Position numbers and translations under genes: made by a program | The notes under the pieces: model-generated | The model's input: only the letters and a program-made list of their open reading frames with translations | What the model was told of the DNA's origin: nothing | Databases searched by the model: none | Assembly (NCBI GenBank): GCA_001643675.2 | Contig: LSRY02000063.1 | Location: 124,001-188,000 of the forward strand | Direction: 5' to 3' | Length of the DNA stretch: 64,000 nt | Origin: Monocercomonoides exilis PA203 | Taxonomy: Eukaryota; Protista; Preaxostyla | Shown: one piece after another, positions 13,566 to 24,749 of the stretch | How positions within the stretch are numbered: position 1 is the stretch's first letter | Layout: each line of letters opens with the position of its first letter

Positions 13566-14441
13566 CGAGTTAAATAGTTTATTTCAAGATGAATAAAAGA
13601 CAATCTAATGGCTACAGAACAAAAATTTTATTCATTCATCTATGTTTTGTTGGAAATGCAAAAAATACATGAATTTCCAACTTGAAAAAGGAAATTACGA
13701 CAATTTCAGATGCAAACACTGAAAAAAGTCATTGAGAAGTAACACCGTTTTTGAAAAAATCAAGTTGCCGTTACGAAAGATTTGCATGACGCACTTTATT
13801 TTTGGCTGCATTTGGAGCAGCAACAAGCAGCAATTTTGGCATCAGTGAATGTCTCTACAATTGAAAGACTTTATTCTTTATTTAGGAAAGCAATTGTTTC
13901 ACATCAACATCCTTTCAAAATTGGAGGAGAAAATAAAACGGTTGAAATCGATGAAGCTGCTTTCAATCGAAGAAAATTCAAAGTTGGAAGAAGAAAACCA
14001 TTATAATGGATTGTTGGGGGTGTCGAAAGGCCTAAAACAACAAAAGGAAAGAGTAACATGTTTTTATCAATTGTTCCAAATCGAACAAAATCTGTGTAGC
14101 AATCTCTCATTGAATCAGCTGTAAAAAAACACACAACAATTAATACTGACTGTTGGAAAGGGTATAGTTCATTGGACACTCTTGGTTTCATCCATCGAAC
14201 TGTGAATCACAAAAATCACTTTGTTGATCCATTTACAAAGTGTCACACAAACAAATTCGAAGGGTCATGGTCACTTTTAAGGAAGTTTCTTTTTCGACAT
14301 GGTGTCCAAAAAAAGTATTTGTCCAATTATTTACAAGAGTTCACTTATCGAAGAAATCCAGATAAGAATTTTGATGATTTTTTCGAGGTTTTCGTGAAAT
14401 CATCTTTCGAAGATATCACTGTTATTGAGGAGGATGAATAA
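13531..14441 (+). pseudogene. Merlin / IS1595 (ISXO2-like) DDE transposase pseudogene
   Basis: Manual translation gives a CWKC..FRCK zinc ribbon, IGGENKTVEIDE, WIVGGVER, VPNR, TDCWKGY, HRTVNH and HTNKFEGSW. Stops at 13594, 13606, 13720, 14004 and 14097, plus a frameshift near 13780. Confidence 0.9.
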
Positions 14442-17400
14442 GTCTGGTATTTCAAAAGTTTTTATCTGTCTTATTGGGTCGTTTTCTTTAACTATTTAGT
14501 ATCTTATTCAAAAATACAACAGAAATGAATTTGAAAACCTTTTCTGCATCTAACATTATATTAAAAGGTTTGAGAATAAATGATCTGGATTTTTTTAGAA
14601 TTAAAAGTGGAAGCATTTTGACACGAACATCACAAGAAAAAAGTTTGTTTTTTATTTATTTCAAGTTGATCTCATGAATCCTTTTATTATCAAAATTTTC
14701 TTTCATTCAATGAAAGAAATCAAAACCGAAATAAGTGTCAACGATAAAACTTCAAAAAGCTGAGACTCGCACAAATGTTTATGAAAAACCTATGTGAACA
14801 AAATTTGAAATTTTCTGCATATCATTTTCATTTCAAAACATAAAGGCAACTTCTGATACAAGAATTATTCTTCAATGACTCTAAGCATAATGATTTTTCT
14901 TTGTCGCATTCATATCTTTTGATTAATCTTCGATAAATGTCTGAAGGTTTTTTCAGTTGATATAAATTTTGTTCAGTTGAAAGACTTTCCATTTTCATGA
15001 AGATTTTCAATAATCAAAGGTTGTAATCCATGAAAGGCAGCTCTATTTCAAAATTCAGCTAACCTTAAGAACAAACTCGTTCCAAAAAAAACCTTCAACA
15101 AATTGGGAAAACGTTTATCCCTCATTTTAATTCTTAAATCTGTCAAAAATTTTTATTAAGTCTTTTTCAAATCATTTCTTCCATTATCACTTTCAAGATA
15201 AAGCAAGAAATTAACAATGAAAATAACATATTGTTTTGTGTTTTCGATCAATGGATAATGAAGATTTTTTGCAAAAACAAAAAAATACGAAACCTTGCAG
15301 CATGAAATCGTAAAAATAAAGCAGATCCTTTATATTGAAATGCATGATTTGGCTTTGAGAGAAACTTGACAAATAAGGTTGGATATTAAAACAGGTTTTG
15401 AGATTATTTGCATGCGAAAACCTCATGGAAGGATAGAACCAAAAGAATGCGTTTGATGATCATGTCTCGAAAGAAATGTAGAAAACATTTAACAATTTGG
15501 TTTCTGATTTTTGTGTTCATCTATTTTCTCATATCAAAAATTCAGTTCAAAGTTTTTTCATAACAGAGAAAAAAACGGATTAAACGTATTTTCAAAGGAA
15601 AAAAAATACAACCAACTTTTTAGGAAAACTTGCATATTTTTTTTATAAGTTTTGCACAACAATATTCGAGAAAGCATAAAGATAATTAGACCATATCCTA
15701 TGTCTGAAAATTGATAACATAGAAATATATTCAAGGAGGAGTGCTCTGTGACGAATAGAATCTGGCAAAAAAATCGACACAATTTGCACAATTGAACAGT
15801 TGTCATGTTTCGAAATTTTATTTTGATGACGTTTTGCTAATAATCAGTAAATGCTGGACAAACATTGTGTTTCAAGATCATTTCGCAGTTTTTTTTGAAA
15901 TGTGAACTAATACCGTTCAGTATTTTCGTAAAATCAATCTTAATGATTAGGTATTTATCTCATGAATATATGGCACATTATTTTTGAAATCATTATTTTT
16001 TTCGGGGTGTTTCTCTAACAAATAAAAACTATTATAATTTGTGAAAATAATCAGAGCATTGACTTATTACAACTAATTTGTCAATGTTTAATTTCTTTTT
16101 TCAACAGATTTTTACAACAAAAATAAAAATGTTAAAATGAACCATAATAAAAAGCGTTTATTCAAAAATTAGATAAAATCCAATTATCATTAAATGAGAA
16201 CTCGCTTGATATAAGCAACAAAAGTCTGTGTTTTTCATAAATGTCATTCTTTGCATTTTCGCTAAATGAACAATAACACTGTTCAAAAAATGTTGAAATA
16301 ATTTATCTCTTTTTCAATGAATAATCAATAAATATTTTCATCTATTTCAACTGTGTATATTTTGAACATTATCAGCAATCATCATTTTGCATAGGATTGA
16401 AAATATGACTTAATGATTTGAAGCAAAATCAATCTTTTTTAATATTTTTTTTCTCAAATTTCATCATTATTTGGTTTCATCAGATTACAGTAATTGACAA
16501 TTTATTGCGAAATGAGATTAACACTTTTTCGTTGCTAGCTGATTAATATTTTATTCATTCTTAAAAGATGAAATTCATTGAAGTGAACTTTATCATTAAT
16601 GACTCAGATAGCATATATTTTGGAAAGAGTCATCTTTAACGATAAGTTTGAATTGATCTTTTTAAAAGAAGATAATTTGTTGTTTTAAGGTCATATAATT
16701 ACAAAAAACCATTCATGTAATACGCTTACACGGATGATTCATTTTTTTAGAACAGCGCTTTTAATCTGGAACGTTCATTTTATCATTTTATTACAGAAAT
16801 GATCCAATTGTAATGAGAATCTTACGATAAGAAATCTTGAACCTGTGCGATTTTAAAAGTTAATACGTTTTGCTTTTTTTTTTCCTTAAATCGAACAAAG
16901 GAGAATTCAAAGGTTTGAGAAAATGTTTTTGGAAAATTATAATTCGTTCAATTATTAAATGATTCATATCTGCAATAACAAAAATTCGTTCTCAACAATT
17001 TGACTTTTTGAACATTTGTTCATTTCAACAGGATAAGAAATGAAGAAAATCAACAAACTTTCATTTCTTCAAACAGTCATTCTGAGCTTGAACACATCTC
17101 AATACGTTTGAATTAAAAATTCATTTTCTTTCTCTTTATTGTTAAAAGGTTGAATGATTTAGTGAGACTACAGGATCATTTAAAAAATGATACAGAATTT
17201 GATTGAATGAGCTGTCATATCGAAAGAAAGTTAAAAAAATGCTAACCATCTGTGAGCAAAAACGCTTAAAGATCAAGAATTGATGAATTTGACAAAATAA
17301 ATTAAACGTTTGTCAATATTCGAACATTTCGATTGAACTTAGTAAATAAAAATTTGGTTTTCTTTCAATATCGAATTGGCAGACATTTTTCAAAATTTCA

Positions 17401-17844
17401 CTGAATTCAGTAAATGTTTTTTAGAAAATGAGAACATCGATTTTCGAAATATCAATTTTATTCAATGATTTGAATTTCTAAAAACATATTGAATTGTATA
17501 TTTTAGATAAAAAAATATAATGAATATCAAATGTTTGTCAAGAAACAGTTCTTTATGAAATTTTTAAATTTTTTTGAAATATGATAGAGAAAAGTTCAGA
17601 CATTTCAAATCTGAAATCTCATTTTCTTTCTTCAGTTTTTGAAATCAAACAGATGAAACATTGAAAATTATTGTTTAAAATATTAAATTTTTGTTGTTAA
17701 AAAAAAAAGAAAGAATATCAAAATTCTTGAATAAAAAATGAAACAAATGCCTACATATGCATTTTTCAAAAAAAAAAATTAAATAAAAAAAAAAATTAGT
17801 TGGTGAACTTAATTTTTAAAAGCATTTTGAGTGTCTGCCCTGGG

Positions 17845-17950
17845 AGGCCGATTCTGGACCCAAGGCCTTCAAGAAACTGCATTGGACCGGTCACAATGCA
17901 GTTTCAGGACGGAATCGGCCTTGCCCTTCATTTTGACAAAAAAGTCAAAA
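17845..17950. other. Nested GC-rich hairpins (probable transposon subterminal structure)
   Basis: AGGCCGATTC (17845) pairs with GAATCGGCCT (17912) and encloses GAAACTGCATTG/CAATGCAGTTTC around the palindrome GACCGGTC. A second hairpin TTTTGAC-A6-GTCAAAA lies at 17931-17950. Confidence 0.85.
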
Positions 17951-18081
17951 ATCTGGGTGCTCCAAAACATGTGAATTAGTCCACATCATATGGAGCTTGA
18001 GCAACATACATATTCAAAAGCTTTCAAAAATTAATGTTCGCAACTCCGACAAACAATCACAACCAGAAAAATATTCAAAAA

Positions 18082-21000
18082 TCATTCAAATTGAAAACTT
18101 GTTAATTTTTTCCTTTCGTTAAGTAATTTATATGTAAAATTTCCAATTTCATTTGATCTTGGAAGGAAATTCTTTTTTTGAAAACACTTTTTTGGACGTT
18201 CATCTCGAGCTCTTGCCTCCTTGAATGTTGCTTTGAATTGGCCAATCGAGCTTGGGGGTGATGCAACCGAAAGAAACACTTCTTTTCCCCGCTTCTCGTA
18301 AAATAAATATGTTTTCATTGAATTCACTTCCATCTTTCTCCAAAGAATCCTGCTTGAAGCATTAAACCTAAAAATTATTAAATAAAAAAAATTCCGAAAA
18401 TGTTAAAGAAAATCAAAATGAAATATAAAAGACAGAAAAAATCACACTTCAAAAAATATCGAAATATGTCGCTGCTTTTGTCTAATGAGTTTATTCGGAT
18501 ATTTTTTGCCTTTTCACATGAAAGATTGAAAAAGTTAATCAACTCTTCGATGTTTGTTATCACAGTATCATCATCTAAATAGTTGTTGATGTAGTGTGTG
18601 AGGCAACCAAACTCTCCATCGCATTCGCTCTTTCCATGTCTCTCACAAAAAAACGACAATGTTGTTTTTTTTCCTTTGGCGAATGAAGAGTTATCAGATA
18701 AAAGAAAATGAAGCAGTTGCGAATTTCTGAAATGCGTACCAGTATCACACATGAAGTGAAACCTCTTTTTATTTAAAAATATATCATCATCCAACACTTG
18801 CTTTAGACATTCGATAGCAAAACGATAATCATGAGAAAGGTTGTAGGAGAAAAAGTTGAATACGTGTTTCCTCCTCACTCCTCGATCATCTGACATGAAG
18901 GCAATCACGCAAAATTGGGACACCTCTTCTTTTTCGTAAAAATCTTTTGATATTTGATTTCTTCTTATCGGTAATTGCCAGTTTTCCTTAAAATCAAATA
19001 GAATAAGCACTTCATTTCGTTTTAGAGAACTTTTCAAATATTTGAAATGCTTCTGCTGATTATCTGCGAGTTGTCTGTGATGTTCAAGCAGTTCGAGTGT
19101 AATCTTCTTGTTTTCGTTCAAATCTTCTTGGTTTATGATAAGTTGTTTTTGTCGTTTCATCAGAAATGAGTAATGATTGCATAGATTGCAAACGTCTGTT
19201 CTGCGTTTAGCTCGTTTGAGATGACGTGTCATTTTGTAAAATGTACTTTTTGACATCTTTAAACTTGTTGTTTTTGTTAATTTATCGTATAATTCAGCCT
19301 TTGTAGTATTAATTAACCTTGGTGGGGTTTTCAAATAATTCTGACGTGAAGATTTTGAACTTATGTATTTTGACGTTTAATGACTATTATGTTGAGATTT
19401 GTTGCAATCATCCTTTCATGTTGAATGTGAAAAAAAAAAAATATCTTTATGTGGGAAAATTGATTTCATGTATATTTGCTCGACACTTTTTGTTTCTAAA
19501 TAATCCTTATTCTTGAGTTTGAGTGGCTTTTTGCATAATGAATTACCAATATCTTTATCAAATAAAAGCATTGAAGTTTTCACTTCATCTGAAATACAGT
19601 CGTCTATTTCAGTTCCTTCATTAGTGTTTTTATTTCTTTTGAGAGAAGGTGGATTTGTACTGTCCAAATAAAGTGTTAACTTGGAGATCTTCAAAAAGCC
19701 ACAGCTTGTTGTTGGTTGTTGTAATTTCGCATTGGGTTCTCCACTATATGAAGTGTTGCATTTTGAATCAAAGACTTTGTTGCGAATATTCAAATTTTGA
19801 TTATCTTGCAAATGAAACATTGATGAATCAGCTTTTGATTCAATACTTGTGGAATTTCTGTTCTCACACAGAGATATAGATGAAGAACCACAAATGCAAG
19901 CTGTAGAGTGAAATGAATCCGTTTTGCTTTCACAAAATGTTGGTGAAATGAGAGATGATAAATGTGTGTGTTTATCGTTGGATACATGTGAAATGTTTGT
20001 ATCAGTTTGATAATTAACAGTTGAACAATTTTGTGATTTTGTTGATTGAAATGAATCTATGTTATTTCCCGAATTATGACATTTTGTTGATAAGCTTTGT
20101 TGATTTGGTGGTAAAGAACATAAATTGGGTGAAATGGGATATGAAAGAAAACCAGTATTGAATGAATCATTTAATTTGTATATTGATAAGAGAGGAAATG
20201 ATTTTCCTTTCAAATGATTTTTATAATAAGAGTTCAAATTGTCGTTTATTTCTGTGATGATTTCATCATCACATCGAATCCAATTTGTGTTTTCTTCGAA
20301 GATACTTGAGTTGTTGGACACTTTGCATATAGAAAAGAAATGTCCATTGTCTGTTGATCCAGAATGAAAAAGTTGGGCAACAAGTGAATAGATATGAGCT
20401 CCAACATTTGGCGTTTCACTGACATTCCAAACTCCATTTTTTGTTGAAAAAGAAATTGTTTCATAAACATTTTGCGTTATAGCATGTTTGGCCTTTGTTT
20501 TCTCGAGAGAAATTGATAGAAAATTCGGAAATTTAGATATGTTCAAAACGGATAATTGACGTGTGACATTACAAGAACATTCACAAAAGGCTTCTTTATT
20601 GTTTATATTTTTATTTGAATAGGAATATGATTCATTGAATGCTGTTATCAAATCATCTCCTTGAAGTCTGATTATCGGTGATTGTTCAGTTGCACCTATT
20701 GATACACAATCACAATTCGTGCATTTTCTCGGGAAGCTTACAGAAGTCATCATTTCATTTGATATGATTGGAATGCAAGACGAGATATCACTGAAAAGAC
20801 AAAGAAAAGAATTGTAGAACTCCTGTTGATTTCTTTTCTCAAGGTGATGTTTCCCCTCCCATTTGTCTATGAACATGTTTGTTCATGATGAATTTCTGAA
20901 TGATCCGTTTTTTTCTGTTCCTAAAGTTTGAGGCACAATCAAATCGCACAAATATTTATCAAAAGAAGAAAGCCTTCCTTTCCTCACATTGTTGTTACTC

Positions 21001-22274
21001 ATTCGAATTATTATTGTCCGAAACATCTGAATTAACGAAGCCAAATAACACGTATTTCCGAGATTTTGAAGAGGTGAAAACTGAATAGGTGCTGAATTAC
21101 AACTGTTACAATTCGTGACCCGATTATCTGATGGCTTGTGAAACTGAATGTTAGTTTTGTCTTGAACATTTGTTGGAAAAACTTTAGAAACTGACTCCTC
21201 CATATCATCATCGATTTCCATCTTTGAGCTAGAAAAATCATTCAGTTCAACTTCTCCCATATCAAACCAGTCATCAATATTTGGATCGCTGCATTGTTCG
21301 AGGCATGATTGTTGGATATTTGAATCCTGGAATTCACAAATTGAATCTGAAATGTTTATTTCATTTTCGAAAATATCCATAGCGCCATGTTCAGGTTCAT
21401 CAATAGTATCCATATCTGATATAAAAATACTCGAATCATTTTCTTCTGTAAAGTAATTTTTCAAAGGATCAATGTCCTCTTCCATTTGGCTGTCACAATT
21501 AATAATAGTGAAATCATCATCATAGAATAAAGTTTTCTCTAAATAGAAAATGATTGTTCAAAATAACACCCAAAAAGATAAACACGAATAAAGGATATTC
21601 AACAAAATTTTGATTGAAAAGATAATAGAAAATACGTTTTTTGTTCGTCAATAAAAGACGAGATTCCTTGCTTGATTCTGTTGAATTTTCCGTAAGAAAA
21701 TTATTGAATATGTTATAATCTTCTTTGCTAAGTTCTCGATAATACAATCAAAAATAAATTTCAAAGAAAACAAAAAACAAAAAAATGAAAATGAACAAAC
21801 TTCTTTTCGAAGGTGGAACATGAGGCTTATTGGTGAATTCAAAGTCAAAATTTGTGGGAGAACTGTTCTTTTTGGCATGATTGTAGTTTCCTTGCGAACA
21901 CTGGAAGCCACAATCATGAAGCTGCCTTAAACTGAATTCGTTGCACACACACTTTAGCAACGAAACTTTCGCGTGTTTATTTTGCTCTGAATTGTAAGCT
22001 GATGCCATTCGCAACAGGACGAACCTGCTTTTTTCTCTAAAAATATCGTTTCAAAATTTCAAATATTAAAATTATGAAAACTGGAATGATACAAACCATT
22101 GAATATGCTTTGGATATCTGAAAACAATTCTTTCCCTTTGTTTGTGTGCAAAAACATATGTTTGATCATTGTTGCTTCGTCGTGTCCGGATTTGGTGACA
22201 AGAAAGTTCCATGCTTCTGTGCACTTTTCACTCTTCCGAGAATTTGACAAATGAGAAAATTTTTTTTGCTCCAT
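18082..22274 (-). pseudogene. Sola-like DDD transposase fused to a ubiquitin-specific protease (peptidase C19) domain; interrupted by in-frame stops
   Basis: Transposase motifs: SKSTFYK..TDVCNLC, FDFKENW, SHD, CDTGTHFRNS, ERHGKSECDGEFG. USP motifs: LQNLGNTCYLASLIQ (Cys ~21049), YSLVAQLFHSGSTDNGHFFS, WIRCDDEII. Phase-compatible introns at ~22037-22092, ~21735-21800, ~21539-21634 and 18368-18447. Same-frame stops at 20883, 19416 and 19377. Confidence 0.8.
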
Positions 22275-23245
22275 GTTTCAAAATTAATTCTATTTCTTCT
22301 CGCAATTTTCAAGATCATTCAATGGGATGATCAAAACACTCCATAATTTTCGATAATAAATTATGTTGTTTTTCAATTTTTTCTCTTTGCTTTGCTGATT
22401 GAGAGTTTCAACAAAAGAAAGATGATTCTATCCATTCCGTTTGCATGAAGGGAAACAATTTAACTCCAGTTGTGTTCAATAATCAATTATAAAGAAATAA
22501 AATATGAAAAACAAATTCAATTGTTTTTGAATAAAAACAGTTTTGAATTTTGCTTTTTGATACGTGTTAATCTCTCAATCTAATTATTTACATATTATCA
22601 TTGTGGCTTCTGCTTAAAAAACGATATTCAAAGTTCCAATCATGAACGAAAATTTCTATTATTCTTCAAATGTTTTCATTTTCATATTCAAATTATTTGA
22701 ATCTTCTTTTTATTCTTCTTCTTCACAGACTGAACTAAGCACAACCTTTTTAAAGAAATCCTACTTGCGAATCGATGCTCTTCTCTTTTAGATTGAAGTT
22801 GATCTGTAAGAAAGGTCAAAATAAAGGTAAATTTGTCTTGATAAAATCAGTATAGCCTTTTTTTGCCTATTTATCAAAATAATGCTATTATTTCACATTT
22901 TCAGCTGCTTGATATTTCTCTGAAGCTGCTTGTTTGCAACTGACAAACATTCTCCATTGATAAAGAAGTGGGGAACTTGGTAGAGAAATTCAATGTGAAG
23001 ACTTTGGATACAAGGAAATAAATACAAAGAACGCGGTGGAAGCATTTGAACAAGGACGAAAATGCAATTCCAATTAGGAGCCTGAACCGAAATCCACATT
23101 ATTTTCTTCATCTTCATCTTCTTCCTCCTTCAACTCCCAGTAAACTTTTTCCTCTTTCTTTTGTAGTTATCTAATTTTATAGATCAACAGAATTGTTTCA
23201 AACCTTCTTTGAGCTGACTTCCGTTTCAACAGGCATGACCAGTGC

Positions 23246-24169
23246 ATGCATCCCTTGAAACACGCTTTGAAGCTGCACTCTTTCATTGCCAACTGTACAC
23301 TCACACATATTCTGTTTGAACAGCCGGGGGTGAAGACGCTGTTTGTGCATAAAGTCGAAGGAATCGGAGTGTGGTGCGACACAGCGCTACTGGAGAGGCA
23401 TTGGAAGGGAGGAAGAGTTGTGGACTTTGAGGTGATGGAGAGAGGAGTGGAAGACAAAGGGTGCTTTTGGGGGAGGGTGGAGACAGCTGGGGGAGAAGAG
23501 ACGGAGGCTGAGGCTGAAGAAGAGAATGGAGAAAGAGGAAAGGGAAAGAAATTGAATGAGATAGAAAGTGAGATAAGCAACTCCAAAATTAATCTAAGCG
23601 AAAGAAAAGCATCAACAGAATGCAATGAAAGCAAAACATTTTTAAGCACATCTCAGTCAGAGCTTCCCGACAGCGCTCATTCAGCAGCTGATTCAGCAAT
23701 GCTGTGCCTTCTTGGCGAGTACATGTTGAGTGAGGAAGAGAAATGGAGGCTCCGCTTTGTGGCAACAGGAGCCATGTGGATCGATGTGGATGGGCTGCAG
23801 TCGCTGTTTGTGCTGACCAGATGGGACAATCTGATGCAGAATGAAGCGAATATTGATGAAGTGAAAAGAGAACACAAAACAACAAAAGAACCCCACAACT
23901 CTTCTTCTGAAGCAATATCACAAGGCAAACAAAGCTATTTGCTGTCCAAATGCAATGAAACAACAGAAAAAGCACAAAACATCATTTCTCGTACAGAAAC
24001 ACATCAAGAAAACCACAATTCTTTCACCTTTGCTGCGTTCTCATCCAACGAGCATCAAGCACTTCCACACTGCTTCTCTGACCCCCCTCTTTTCACTCCT
24101 TCCTCGCCCTGCTACACACCGGCATCTCCATCAAGCGGTACGGCGCACGAAATAAAACACAGGCGGTGA
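23246..24169 (+). pseudogene. Unidentified coding remnant (307-aa open stretch; upstream exon-like pieces at ~22730-23160 contain stops)
   Basis: GC content and codon usage resemble host genes, but no domain was recognised. Confidence 0.4.
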
Positions 24170-24749
24170 AGAGTCACATTCGACTGCTCAGATGGACAAG
24201 CTCTTCTCAGACATCACTCACGTCGACAGTAAAATGAACTTCAAATAAAATTTGAAAGATTTTCCAGATCGCATTTCAAACAGAAAAAGAACACATTTTT
24301 TTACAGATGAATTTGAAATAAAATGTTCATTGAAATGAACTTTATAGAAAAAGACAATGCAGACTCCAGGAAAGATAAAGCTTGTTATCTTCATGTGAAC
24401 AAGTGCTTTCTTTTTGAAAAAGACTGATTAAGACAATTTTATTTGTAAGAATTTTCTTGTTCAAATCATGAATTTTTAGTGTTTTTTTGTTATTAATAAC
24501 TATTTGATAAAAGAAGACTGGTCATTAATTTTCAATGGAAAACATACACTATTAACAGCCCTAAAAAGGTCGAAACGTTTGAGGAAAACATGTTGACCAT
24601 GAAAAATCAAAAAAAATTTTTTTTCTGAATTAAAATGATAACAAAAACAGCCAGTAATCTATTTCTTTTTCTCTTTCACATTTTCTCTAAAATCTCACGT
24701 CACCTAATGTGCCTTCACAATATGCCACCATATTTATCACCGAATTTCC

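Larger units (their letters stand above)
17829..22274 (-). mobile_element. Sola-like DNA transposon carrying a USP domain; only one candidate terminus found
   Basis: Contains the multi-exon transposase gene below. A GC-rich structured segment starting GAGTGTCTGCCC at 17829 is a candidate end; no matching opposite TIR was found. Confidence 0.65.

Noticed and set aside
7250-14441. TAA/TAG=Gln genetic code (known in some oxymonads) as the explanation for stops in the transposases
   Set aside because: TGA stops and a frameshift co-occur, one TAG falls where Leu is expected, and intact host genes here end in TAA.
14700-15900. Possible decayed tyrosine-recombinase or other TE ORF
   Set aside because: No diagnostic motif could be recovered by eye.
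17845-20885. Selenocysteine or readthrough recoding of the in-frame TGAs in the USP-transposase gene by the downstream hairpin
   Set aside because: The hairpin lacks the SECIS apical AA and a properly placed UGAN/NGAN quartet. A TAA is also in frame, and the TGAs are not at catalytic Cys positions.
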